Assembly: GCA_964016885.1 (NCBI GenBank)
Contig: OZ024741.1
Location: 250,542,001 to 250,606,000, forward strand
Direction: 5' to 3'
DNA length: 64,000 bases
Source: Eledone cirrhosa
Lineage: Eukaryota
Each line of letters starts with the position of its first letter. Within the stretch, counting starts at the first letter, position 1. Below, one piece after another: positions 11,901 through 23,971 of the stretch. The notes below the pieces were generated by a model. It did not search any database. It was not told where the DNA came from and was given only the letters and a program-made list of their open reading frames with translations. The position numbers and the translations under genes were made by a program.

Positions 11901-14012
11901 ATGGATGTGTAATGTGTTTAATGCAATTTTAATGGGGTTTAATGGGGGTAGTAGGTTTCAATGTGTTTTAATGGAGTTTTAATGGCTAGTGCTCTTTTTT
12001 AAAGAGTTTTTAATGGTGTTTTTAATGGTTTTTCATTGAGCTTTTAATTGCGTTTTTAATTGCGTTTTTAATCTAGTTTAAAAATTGAGTTTTAATGGGT
12101 TTTTCAATTAGGTTTTTAATGGATTTATAATGGTGTTTTTTACGGATCCTTTAATTTTTTATAATGGGTTTTCAATGCCGTTTTAATGGTGTTTTTTAAT
12201 GGTATCCTTAATGACGCTTCGATAAGTTTCAATGTTATTTTAATGGGGTTTTGATTGATTTTTTAATGGAGTTTTTTTAATGAACTTTTATTGGGGTTTT
12301 CAATCAGGTTTTTAACTGAATTTTTAATGTTTTTCAATTAGATTTTTTATGGAGTTTTTATGGGCTTTTTAATGAGTTTTTAATGGTGTGCTAATTGAGT
12401 TTTCAATTACCTTTTTAATTGAGTATAAAATCGAGTTTTTACTAAGTTTTTAATGAATTTTTAATGGAATTTTAATGGGGGGTTTCCAATGGACTTTTAA
12501 TTGTGTTTTAATGGGGTTTTAAAATTGGTTTTTAGTTGCATTTTTCAGGGGCTTTTAATGGGGCTTAATGGGGGTTTAATGGGGGATTTAATTGAGTTTT
12601 TAATGGAGTTTAATAGAGTTTATAATGGAGGTTTTAATGGAGTTTTTAATGAAGTTTTAATGTAGTTTTTAATGAGGTTTTTAATGACGATTTTAATGGC
12701 GTTCTTAATGGCGTTTTAATGGTATTTTATGGCATTTTAATGACGGTTGTAATGGTTTTTAATGGAGTGTTAATTGGTTATTAATTGTATTTTAATGGGT
12801 TTTATGAGCTTTTTAATGGGTTTTAGTGATGTTTTTAATGGAGTTTTTAATGGGTCTTTTAATGGAATTTGCAATGTATTTTTTAATGGTGTTTTCAATT
12901 GTATTTTTAATGACGTTTTAATGGTGTTTTTTATGGCGTTTTAATAGGATTTTTAATTGGTTTTTTAAAGGACTATTATTATGGGTTTTTTATGTAATTT
13001 TATAATGGGATTTTCAGTAGGGTTTTTAATTGGATTTTTAATGGAGTTTATAATATGGTTTTTAATTGGATTTTTAAAGAATTTATAATTGCGGTTTTAA
13101 TATAGTGTTTAATGGAGTATTTAATTGGTTTTTAATGGTAATTTTAATGGAGTGTTTAATGTGTTTTTAATGGGGGAGGAGGGGGGTAAAATGCAGTTTT
13201 TAATTGAGTTATCAATGGAGTTTTTAAAGACATTTTTTATGACGTTTTAATAGCGTTTTATGACGTTTTAATGACGTTTTAATGGTTTTTTTATTGGGTT
13301 TTGGGAGTTTTTATGAGCTTCTAATTAGGTTTTAAATGGGGTTTTCACTGAGGATTTTAGTGGAATTTTTAATGGGCCTTTAATGTATTTTTAATGGGAT
13401 TTTAATGTTTTTTATGGCGTTTTTAATGGTATTTTAAATGCTGTTTTAATGTTTCTTTTATGGCCTTTTAATTGGGTTTTTGATTGAGTTTTTAATGGAT
13501 TTTTTTTAACGAGAATTATGAAGTTTAATGGGTTTCCAGTGTGTTTTAAATGAAGTTTTTGATAATATTTTTAATGGAATTTTAATGGCGGTTATGGGAT
13601 TTTAATGGGTTCTGGTGGTATTTTTGTGGGTTTTAATGGGGTGTTAAATGGTTTTAATGTTGTTTTACTTGCGCTTTCGATTACGTTTACAATTAAGTTT
13701 TTACTGTTTTTAATTGGATTTTTAATGGATTTTAATGTGGTTTTTAATGGAATTTTAATGGTGTTTTAATATAGTTTTTAATGGGTTTCGGATGTAGCTT
13801 TTAATGGTGGTTTAGTGTGCTTTTTATTGGGTTTTTAATGAGTTTTTATGAGCTTTTCAATGGAGTTTTTAATGGTGTTTATATATATATATATACATAC
13901 ATATATATGTATATATATATATTTACACATATATATGTGTATATATATATGTGTATATATATATTTACACATATATATGTGTATATATATATTTACACAT
14001 ATATATGTGTAT

Positions 14013-14050
<38 letters not shown>

Positions 14051-14071
14051 TTAAATATATATATATATATA

Positions 14072-14135
14072 TACAATATTAAATAAATGGAAAACTATAT
14101 TTATAAAACCATATTTATTTCATTATATATATTTC
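14072..14135 (-). repeat. 64-bp inverted copy of the element's 3' pLTR segment
   Basis: tacaatattaaataaatggaaaactatatttataaaaccatatttatttcattatatatatttc is the exact reverse complement of 16829-16892. Confidence 0.96.
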
Positions 14136-15142
14136 TCAACACATGTCTCCACTATCCTTTTCACAAGTTGAATGAAAGCTTAAACTATGTCAACTTTAAC
14201 TCTAACCACCCCAGATCTGTCAAAAACACTATAGTAAACTCAGTCCAAAAGCGTATCTCTAGGATCTCGTCGAATAGAAAGATTTTTGACGAAAAGGCCC
14301 AATACTATAATGATGCACTAGCTAGGGCAGGGTATGCTGATAAGATTGTGTACATAGATAATGATAAACAAACTAAACAAAGTAACAACTTTTTTAATTA
14401 TGGCAACAACATTAACAACTATAATAGAAAGCATTACAATAATTCCAAAGGACAAAAAAGAAATAGAACTAGGAACATAATTTGGTTTGCCCCCCCTTTC
14501 TCACTAAACATTAAAACCCACATCGCTAAATTATTTTTCAAAGCTCTTGATAATCGCTTCCCTAGAACACATAGGTACCACTCAATCTTCAATAGGCATA
14601 CAATTAAATTAACCTATTCATCCACCAAAAATTTAGTACAAAATATTAATAGAATAAATAATAGGAACTTAAAACCTACTGATAATAGCATAAATAATAT
14701 ACAAGTTAACAAATGTAACTGTAGAGATAGATCTAAATGTCCGTTAAATAACAACTGCTTAGTTAAAAATATAGTATACAATTGTAATGTTAATACTGAC
14801 TCTAATTCTTTTAACTACGTCGGTTCCACATCGACGGAATTTAAACTTCGCTATAATAACCACAAGAATTCTTTCACAGATCCAAATAAAAAATCTTCAA
14901 CGGCACTATCAGGTGTACTCTGGCAACTTAAGCTAGATAACGTTAGATATTCGACGGCTTGGAATATAGTCTCAAGAGGGATTCCTTTTAATTCATCCTC
15001 TGAGACATGTGACCTCTGCGCAGAGGAGATATTCTTTATACTAAAATCTAAAAATTCCCTTAACCTACGGACAAATTTATTCAGTTGTTGCAAACATAGA
15101 TTAAACTCAACGTTTAAATATAAATTTAAATTTAAAATGTAG
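14087..15142 (+). CDS. C-terminal part of a Penelope-like element polyprotein: end of RT/thumb, linker, Cys-rich motif and GIY-YIG endonuclease (351 aa; RT catalytic core missing)
   Basis: Motifs: YPFHKLNESLNYVNFNSNHP...KRISRISS...YNDALARAGY (PLE thumb); RNRTRNIIWFAPPFS...IFNRHTIKLTYS; CNCRDRSKCPLNNNC; NIVY...YVGST..FKLRYNNHKNSF...STALS (GIY-YIG); CDLCAEE; LNLRTNLFSCCKH. There is no internal stop. The first ~16 aa come from the inverted pLTR copy. Confidence 0.9.
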   Translation: MENYIYKTIFISLYIFLNTCLHYPFHKLNESLNYVNFNSNHPRSVKNTIVNSVQKRISRISSNRKIFDEKAQYYNDALARAGYADKIVYIDNDKQTKQSNNFFNYGNNINNYNRKHYNNSKGQKRNRTRNIIWFAPPFSLNIKTHIAKLFFKALDNRFPRTHRYHSIFNRHTIKLTYSSTKNLVQNINRINNRNLKPTDNSINNIQVNKCNCRDRSKCPLNNNCLVKNIVYNCNVNTDSNSFNYVGSTSTEFKLRYNNHKNSFTDPNKKSSTALSGVLWQLKLDNVRYSTAWNIVSRGIPFNSSSETCDLCAEEIFFILKSKNSLNLRTNLFSCCKHRLNSTFKYKFKFKM

Positions 15143-15247
15143 TATATTTAGTTTGATTTATATTTATATGAGAACTAGCCGATAAATCTTTTGATTCCTA
15201 AATCTTTGATTCCCTCTTTTTACTCTTTTTATTGTTTATTTTATTGT

Positions 15248-15296
15248 ATTTATTTTTATTTTTATTTTTATTTTTATTTTTATTTTTATTTTTATC
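15248..15296 (+). repeat. (TTTTTA)n microsatellite in the element 3' UTR (second tract at about 15540-15625)
   Basis: Read directly from the sequence. Confidence 0.85.
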
Positions 15297-15691
15297 TAAA
15301 CATTCCTCATGAAAAATTAAGCTACCCTAAAAGCCGATGCTCCAAATTTTCTGAATTAACCTTACACTTGATAAACTTATATATTAAATATAGGAACATA
15401 TGTAGACATTATTGGACATCATAATCTTTTTTTGCGATATTCCTTGCTAGATGTGATTTGATAGATAATTTTTGGCTTTGTCTTGTAGTGAACTTGGCAA
15501 TATATTGTCAATTAACCTTGAAGGGTTGTTCTTTGTGGTTTATTTTTTATTTTCATTTTTATTTTTATTTTTATTTTTATTTTTATTTTTTTTATTTTTT
15601 ATTTTTATTTTTATTTTTATTCTTTTAGTATTGTAGTATTCTATATTTTTATATTTTTATTTTTTATTTTATTTTATTTTTATTTTTAATA

Positions 15692-15902
15692 TTTTTATAT
15701 GTAAATTTTTTTTTTTTTTTTTTTTTTTTTATATGTAAAAATTTTTTTTTTTTTTTTTTTTTTTTTTATATGTAAATTTTTATTTTTAATATTTTATAAT
15801 ATTTTTAATATTTTTATATGTAAAGTTTTAATACGTAATATTTTTAATACGTAGTATTTTTAATATGCAATATTTTTATTATGTAATATTCTTTCGTAAT
15901 AT
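15692..15902 (+). repeat. Low-complexity UTR repeats: tttttatatgtaaa plus poly-T (4 copies of the motif), then degenerate 16-bp tttttaatacgtaata x4-5
   Basis: Read directly from the sequence. Confidence 0.8.
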
Positions 15903-16386
15903 TCTTTTTTAGTTTTCTATTCTATATTTTTATATTTTTATATATTTTTACTTATTATCATTATTATTGTTATCTCTGCTTATAATATAATATATATTTT
16001 CGATTAGTATATTGAAATCTGCTCTCTATTTCTGCTTGATAGATAATCTTGTAGAGTAATCGCAAGAATAATAATACGCTCAAATTTTTATACCACATTG
16101 AGAATGTTTTCCGGTAACTTTGAATTTGCGGAGTGAATCAGTTGGATTCACATAGACATATGAATTTTTTTAAAAAACTAAACATAAGATAATGAATTTT
16201 CACGCATTGTGAATACTTGTTTCATTCAGGAATACTGATATTTACAATATAGTGTAAGTTTTATAAATACTAATACATTAAAACATAGGGTTTTCTACGC
16301 CTCGAATATGTCTGGCTATTTTTAAATTTTTCTCTCTATATATCTCTCTATATCTCTCTATATCTCCCTTACATTAATACTTGAGC

Positions 16387-16387
<1 letters not shown>

Positions 16388-16417
<30 letters not shown>

Positions 16418-16418
16418 A
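16388..16418 (+). repeat. (TAAA)n microsatellite, followed by a pyrimidine-rich (CT/TTC) low-complexity region to about 16690
   Basis: Read directly from the sequence. Confidence 0.85.
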
Positions 16419-16782
16419 TGCATCATTGATACACTTACTCAAAATGACCTCCCACTACCTAATTTTTCTATATCTATATTTATATATGTATCTATCTCTA
16501 TTTCCTCTCTCTCTCTATATATATATATATCTCTTTCGGTCTCTTTACATGAAGCTCTTCGCTTTATCTATTTTTCCATCTCTCTATTTTGTCCCATGCA
16601 TTTCTTCTTTTTCTTCTTTTTCTTCCTTTTCTTCGTTTTGTCTTTCTTTCTTTCTTATTTCCTTCTTTTCTCTCTCTCTTTCTTTCTCTCTGTATTTTCA
16701 CTGCTAGAGTGAACCTCTTCAAATGAAGTTGATGTTTATTACGGTATGTCGAATATATTTATCTATAAAACTGTTTATATTG

Positions 16783-16848
16783 TATTTTGTCTGATGAAGG
16801 CATAGCATATTGTTAATATGATATCCCCGAAATATATATAATGAAATA
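16783..16848 (+). ncRNA. Minimal type I hammerhead ribozyme in the PLE pLTR
   Basis: Stem I is tattttgt (16783-90) with atgaaata (16841-48). Core CTGATGA is at 16791-97. Stem II is gg...catatt-gtt-aatatg...cc. GAAA is at 16829-32. Stem III is the palindrome atatatat. Predicted cleavage is AUA| after 16840. Confidence 0.88.
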
Positions 16849-17005
16849 AATATGGTTTTATAAATATAGTTTTCCATTTATTTAATATTGTAAATATACT
16901 CCAAGTATTTGTCGAGTGCTTTTATATCAGTTATAAATATTTACTAGTTGTAACCCAACAATTTTAAATATAACTTTACATGTATATATATATATATATA
17001 TATAT

Positions 17006-17042
<37 letters not shown>

Positions 17043-17142
17043 TATATATATATATATATATATTAAATATATATATATATATATATATATTAAATATATA
17101 TATATATATATATATATTAAATATATATATATATATATATAT

Positions 17143-17177
<35 letters not shown>

Positions 17178-17376
17178 CACTTTCATGTTACACACTATAT
17201 ATAAACTGGGATTTATATTTTGCGTTAGTGCCATATTAAGCTGACAACGATATATTCGTATCTTAAAAAATATTTTTTTTAGATCACATTGTTCTAGATA
17301 TTATTAAAATTATTAAATCTATTTTCAATTTGCACGAACACTTGCATATACTACATACATACATTTATATAGACAC

Positions 17377-17766
17377 TAACACAAATATTAGCATATACAT
17401 AATTTCTTAGTCATTGAGGATGTGTTTTTATACATACATATGCATATTGCATACATACATACATACACACATACAAGCATATACATAGACATACACACAC
17501 ACATATATACACACACTGTATATATATATATACACACACACACACATATATATATACACACACACACTATATATATATATAGTGTGTGGTGTATATATAT
17601 ATATGTGTGTGTGTGTATGTATATATATACAGTGTGTGTATATATATGTGTGTGTATGTGTATGTATATGCTTGTATGTGTGTATGTATGGATGCAATAT
17701 GCATATGTATGTATAAAAAACACATCCTCAATTACTAAGAAAATATGTATATGCTAATATTTGTGT

Positions 17767-17768
<2 letters not shown>
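17377..17768. repeat. ~400 bp palindrome, unit 3
   Basis: Same arms as 2296-2693. Confidence 0.93.
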
Positions 17769-17798
<30 letters not shown>

Positions 17799-17872
17799 CG
17801 CACACACTATATATATATATATATATACATACACACTATATATATATATATACACACACACTATATATTATA

Positions 17873-17906
<34 letters not shown>

Positions 17907-20900
17907 AATCCCATTAAAAACCACATTAAAAATTCAATTAAAAATCTATTTTGAAAAACCCATTAAAAACCCCATTATAAGCTCATAAAACACTCCATTA
18001 AAACCCCAACCAAACCCCCCATTAAAACACAATTAAAACATCATTAAGAATGCCAATAAAAGCGCCATTAAAAACCACATTGGAAACCCATAAAAACCCA
18101 ATTAAAACAAAATTAAAGTTTCCATTAAAAGTCCCCATTAAAACTCCATTAAAACCCCCATTAACCCCCCCCCTCGAAAAGACATTAAAACCTCAAATTT
18201 AAACCGAAATAAAAACTCAATAAAAACGCAATTAAAAACTCAATTAAAACACCATTAAAAACACAATTAAAAGCCCATTAAACCAATTAAAATTGCATTA
18301 ACACACCACTAAGGTTCCATTGGAAAACCATTAAAAATGTCATTAAAAACTACACTGAAAACCCATTAAACCCCTATTAAAAGCGCACCCAAAACTTTAT
18401 AAAAAAACAAATAAAAACCCCATTAAAATACCATTAAAACGGCATAAAACACCATTAAAACTACATTAAAACTCAATTAAAAATTCCATTTAAATCTCCA
18501 TTATAAACTCAATTAAAACTCCATTAAAACTCAATTAAAAACTCCATTAAAAACACACACACATGAAGTTACATGCTGGCTTGCACACTTATAGCGATTG
18601 CTATTTCCTTTTAATTTCATTAAAACTAGGATGTTTTAGAAAGATAAAAACAAAACTGAATAATGAAGAGACTAGGGAGGGGTAAAGAAAGGCAGATCAG
18701 GCTGTAGAGGACAGTAGGGGGAGAAGAGGGAAGAGACTTGGGAGGGGTAAAGAAAGGCAGATCTGGCTGTAGAGGACAGTAGGGGGAGAAGAGGGAGAAA
18801 TAAACTAAATTATAAACTAAGTTATAAACTAAATTATAAACTAAATTAAAAACTCAATAAAATAAAATAAAATAAAATAAAATAAAATAAAATAAAATAA
18901 AATAAAATAAAATAAAATAAAATAAAATAAAATAAAATAAAATAAAATAAAATAAAAAAAAATAAAATAAAATAAAATAAAATAAAATAAAAAATATAAA
19001 TAAAATAAAATAAAATAAATAAAATAAAATAAAATAAAATAAAATAAAATAAAATAAATAAAAATAAAATAAAATAAAAAAAAATAAAAAAAATTAAATA
19101 TAAAAAATAAATAAAATAAAATAAAATAAGAACTCAATTAAAAACTCAGTAAAAACTCAATTAAAAACTCAATTAAAAACTCAATCGAAGCACCATTAAA
19201 ACACCATTAAAAACTCCACTATAAACCCACTAAACCCATTAAAAACCAATTAAAAATTCAATTACACATCCCATTAGAAATTTCATTAAAAACTCAATTA
19301 AAAGTTCCATTGAAAACACATTCAAAACCCATTAACCCCATATTAAAAGTTCATAAAACTCTATTAAAAACCCAATAACAAACCAATTAAAACGCCATTA
19401 AAACGCCACAAAACAATAAAATGTCATAAAAACGCCATTAAAACATCACAAAAAGCCCAACTAAAAAACCATTAATAATGTCATTAAAAATTCCATAAAA
19501 ATCCATTAAAAACTCCACTAAAAGCCCATTAAAAAGTTCATTAAAAGCCATATTATAAATTTCATAAAAAACAATTGAAAACCCCATTATTTATGAGCCT
19601 TTTTTATGAGTTTTTAATAGTGTTTTAATTCAGTTTTTAATTGCGTTTAAAATTGGGTTTTAATGGCTTTTTAATGGTGTTTTAATGGAATTTTAATGTG
19701 ATTTTCGATGGTGTTTAATGGGTTTTTTATGGAGTTTTTAATTGGGTTTTCAATGGTGTTGTTTATGAGTTTTTAAATGGGTTTTTAATGGAATTTTTGA
19801 TTGCGTTTTTAATGAAATTTTTAATAGATTCAAGGATGTTTTAATGGAGTTTTTAATGGTCTTTTTAATGGCGTTTTAATTGTGTTTTTATGGTGTTTAA
19901 ATGCGTTTTAATGATTTTTAATTGGGTTTTTAATGGAGTATTTTTAATGAGCTCTTAATGGATTTTTCAATTGGATACTTAATGGGTTTTAATGGAATTT
20001 ATAATAAGGGTTCTAATTGACTTTAAATATGATTTTTAATGGAGTTTTTAATGAAATTTCTAATGGTGTTTTTAATTGCGTTCCCCCCCGTGAGGGTTTT
20101 AATGGCATTTTAAATGACATTTTAATGAGTTTTTATGATGTTTTAATGGCGTTGTAATTGTTTTTTATTGGGTTTTTAATATAATTTTGTATGAGCTTTT
20201 AATGGGGGTTTTCAATGTTGTTTTTAATGGAGTGTTTAATGGAATTTTAATGGGGGTTTGATAAAAAAAATTAATTGCTTTTTAATTTAATTTTTAATGC
20301 GTTTTTGATGGTGTTTAAGTGCGTTCATGATGATCTTTTTAATGGATTTTTAATGGGGTTTTAATTGACTTTTTAATGGTGTTTTCAATGTAATTTTTAA
20401 TGATAGTTTAATGGTGTTTTAATGACGTTTTAATTGTGTTTTTTATGGTGTTTTAGTGACGTTTAAATAGGATTTTTAATTGGTTTTTTAATTGAGTATT
20501 TATATGAGTTTTCACTGGTGTTTTTAATGGGTTTTTCAATATTGCATTTAATGAAATTTTTAATATGGTTTCAAATGGAATTTTTAATGTGTTTTTAATT
20601 GGGTTTCTAGTGACGTTTTTAATGGTACTTTAAATGACGTTTTAATGACTTTTATGGCGTTTTAATGGGTTTTTTAATTGGGTTTTTAATGTAGTTTTTT
20701 AAAAGATCTTTACTTGGGATTTTATGGGTTTTCAATGCGGTTTTTAATGGTATATTAATGGAGTTTTTGGTGTGGTTGTTAATGGTATTAGTGACATTTT
20801 AATGTGTTTTTAATGGTGTTTTAAGCGAGTTTCTGATTTAGTTTAAATTTAAATATTTGATGGTCCTTCTAATGGGCTTTAATGGATGTGTAATGTGTTT

Positions 20901-22992
20901 AATGCAATTTTAATGGGGTTTAATGGGGGTAGTAGGTTTCAATGTGTTTTAATGGAGTTTTAATGGCTAGTGCTCTTTTTTTAAGAGTTTTTAATGGTGT
21001 TTTTAATGGTTTTTCATTGAGCTTTTAATTGCGTTTTTAATTGCGTTTTTAATCTAGTTTAAAAATTGAGTTTTAATGGGTTTTTCAATTAGGTTTTTAA
21101 TGGATTTATAATGGTGTTTTTTACGGATCCTTTAATTTTTTATAATGGGTTTTCAATGCCGTTTTAATGGTGTTTTTTAATGGTATCCTTAATGACGCTT
21201 CGATAAGTTTCAATGTTATTTTAATGGGGTTTTGATTGATTTTTTAATGGAGTTTTTTTAATGAACTTTTATTGGGGTTTTCAATCAGGTTTTTAATTGA
21301 ATTTTTAATTTTTTTCAATTAGATTTTTTATGGAGTTTTTATGGGCTTTTTAATGAGTTTTTAATGGTGTGCTAATTGAGTTTTCAATTACCTTTTTAAT
21401 TGAGTATAAAATCGAGTTTTTACTAAGTTTTTAATGAATTTTTAATGGAATTTTAATGGGGGTTTCCAATGGACTTTTAATTGTGTTTTAATGGGGTTTT
21501 AAAATTGGTTTTTAGTTGCATTTTTCAGGGGCTTTTAATGGGGCTTAATGGGGGTTTAATGGGGGATTTAATTGAGTTTTTAATGGAGTTTAATAGAGTT
21601 TATAATGGAGGTTTTAATGGAGTTTTTAATGAAGTTTTAATGTAGTTTTTAATGAGGTTTTTAATGACGATTTTAATGGCGTTCTTAATGGCGTTTTAAT
21701 GGTATTTTATGGCATTTTAATGACGGTTGTAATGGTTTTTAATGGAGTGTTAATTGGTTATTAATTGTATTTTAATGGGTTTTATGAGCTTTTTAATGGG
21801 TTTTAGTGATGTTTTTAATGGAGTTTTTAATGGGTCTTTTAATGGAATTTGCAATGTATTTTTTAATGGTGTTTTCAATTGTATTTTTAATGACGTTTTA
21901 ATGGTGTTTTTTATGGCGTTTTAATAGGATTTTTAATTGGTTTTTTAAAGGACTATTATTATGGGTTTTTTATGTAATTTTATAATGGGATTTTCAGTAG
22001 GGTTTTTAATTGGATTTTTAATGGAGTTTATAATATGGTTTTTAATTGGATTTTTAAAGAATTTATAATTGCGGTTTTAATATAGTGTTTAATGGAGTAT
22101 TTAATTGGTTTTTAATGGTAATTTTAATGGAGTGTTTAATGTGTTTTTAATGGGGGAGGAGGGGGGTAAAATGCAGTTTTTAATTGAGTTATCAATGGAG
22201 TTTTTAATGACATTTTTTATGACGTTTTAATAGCGTTTTATGACGTTTTAATGACGTTTTAATGGTTTTTTTATTGGGTTTTGGGAGTTTTTATGAGCTT
22301 CTAATTAGGTTTTAAATGGGGTTTTCAATGAGGTTTTTAGTGGAATTTTTAATGGGCCTTTAATGTATTTTTAATGGGATTTTAATGTTTTTTATGGCGT
22401 TTTTAATGGTATTTTAAATGCTGTTTTAATGTTTCTTTTATGGCCTTTTAATTGGGTTTTTGATTGAGTTTTTAATGGATTTTTTTTAACGAGAATTATG
22501 AAGTTTAATGGGTTTCCAGTGTGTTTTAAATGAAGTTTTTGATAATATTTTTAATGGAATTTTAATGGCGGTTATGGGATTTTAATGGGTTCTGGTGGTA
22601 TTTTTGTGGGTTTTAATGGGGTGTTAAATGGTTTTAATGTTGTTTTACTTGCGCTTTCGATTACGTTTACAATTAAGTTTTTACTGTTTTTAATTGGATT
22701 TTTAATGGATTTTAATGTGGTTTTTAATGGAATTTTAATGGTGTTTTAATATAGTTTTTAATGGGTTTCGGATGTAGCATTTAATGGTGGTTTAGTGTGC
22801 TTTTTATTGGGTTTTTAATGAGTTTTTATGAGCTTTTCAATGGAGTTTTTAATGGTGTTTATATATATATATATACATACATATATATGTATATATATAT
22901 ATTTACACATATATATGTGTATATATATATGTGTATATATATATTTACACATATATATGTGTATATATATATTTACACATATATATGTGTAT

Positions 22993-23036
<44 letters not shown>

Positions 23037-23066
23037 TTAAATATATATATATATATATATATATAT

Positions 23067-23101
<35 letters not shown>

Positions 23102-23201
23102 TATATATATATATATATATATTAAATATATATATATATATATATATATTAAATATATATATATATATATATATATTAAATATATATATATATATATATA
23201 T

Positions 23202-23238
<37 letters not shown>

Positions 23239-23437
23239 CACTTTCATGTTACACACTATATATAAACTGGGATTTATATTTTGCGTTAGTGCCATATTAA
23301 GCTGACAACGATATATTCGTATCTTAAAAAATATTTTTTTTAGATCACATTGTTCTAGATATTATTAAAATTATTAAATCTATTTTCAATTTGCACGAAC
23401 ACTTGCATATACTACATACATACATTTATATAGACAC

Positions 23438-23833
23438 TAACACAAATATTAGCATATACATAATTTCTTAGTCATTGAGGATGTGTTTTTATACATACAT
23501 ATGCATATTGCATACATACATACATACACACATACAAGCATATACATAGACATACACACACACATATATACACACACTGTATATATATATACACATACAC
23601 ACACACACACATATATATATATACACACACACACTATATATATATATAGTGTGTGGTGTATATATATATATGTGTGTGTGTGTATGTATATATATACAGT
23701 GTGTGTATATATATGTGTGTGTATGTGTATGTATATGCTTGTATGTGTGTATGTATGGATGCAATATGCATATGTATGTATAAAAAACACATCCTCAATT
23801 ACTAAGAAAATATGTATATGCTAATATTTGTGT

Positions 23834-23835
<2 letters not shown>
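23438..23835. repeat. ~400 bp palindrome, unit 4
   Basis: Same arms as 2296-2693. Confidence 0.93.
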
Positions 23836-23865
<30 letters not shown>

Positions 23866-23924
23866 CGCACACACTATATATATATATATACATACACACT
23901 ATATATATATATATACACACACAC

Positions 23925-23971
<47 letters not shown>

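Larger units (their letters stand above)
14072..16982 (+). mobile_element. 5'-truncated Penelope-like retroelement (Naiad-like, GIY-YIG endonuclease) inserted in a (TA)n tract
   Basis: About 2.9 kb present only in unit 3 and flanked by (TA)n on both sides. It has an ORF with PLE RT-thumb and GIY-YIG motifs, a 3' hammerhead ribozyme and an inverted partial pLTR at the 5' end. Confidence 0.92.

Noticed and set aside
14851-15093. 80-aa minus-strand ORF, plus ORFs at 15191-15424 and 16426-16707
   Set aside because: The first is an antisense shadow of the GIY-YIG ORF. The other two run through low-complexity UTR sequence and show no recognisable motifs.
14087-15300. Selenocysteine recoding or a SECIS element, as known for some Naiad PLEs
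   Set aside because: The retained ORF has no in-frame TGA, its Cys motifs use TGT/TGC and it ends in TAG. I could not fold a convincing SECIS by eye.
14072-16892. 64-bp inverted repeats read as terminal inverted repeats of a DNA transposon
   Set aside because: The right copy is 90 bp internal to the element end and overlaps a hammerhead, and the ORF is PLE-type rather than a DDE transposase. An inverted pLTR explains it better.
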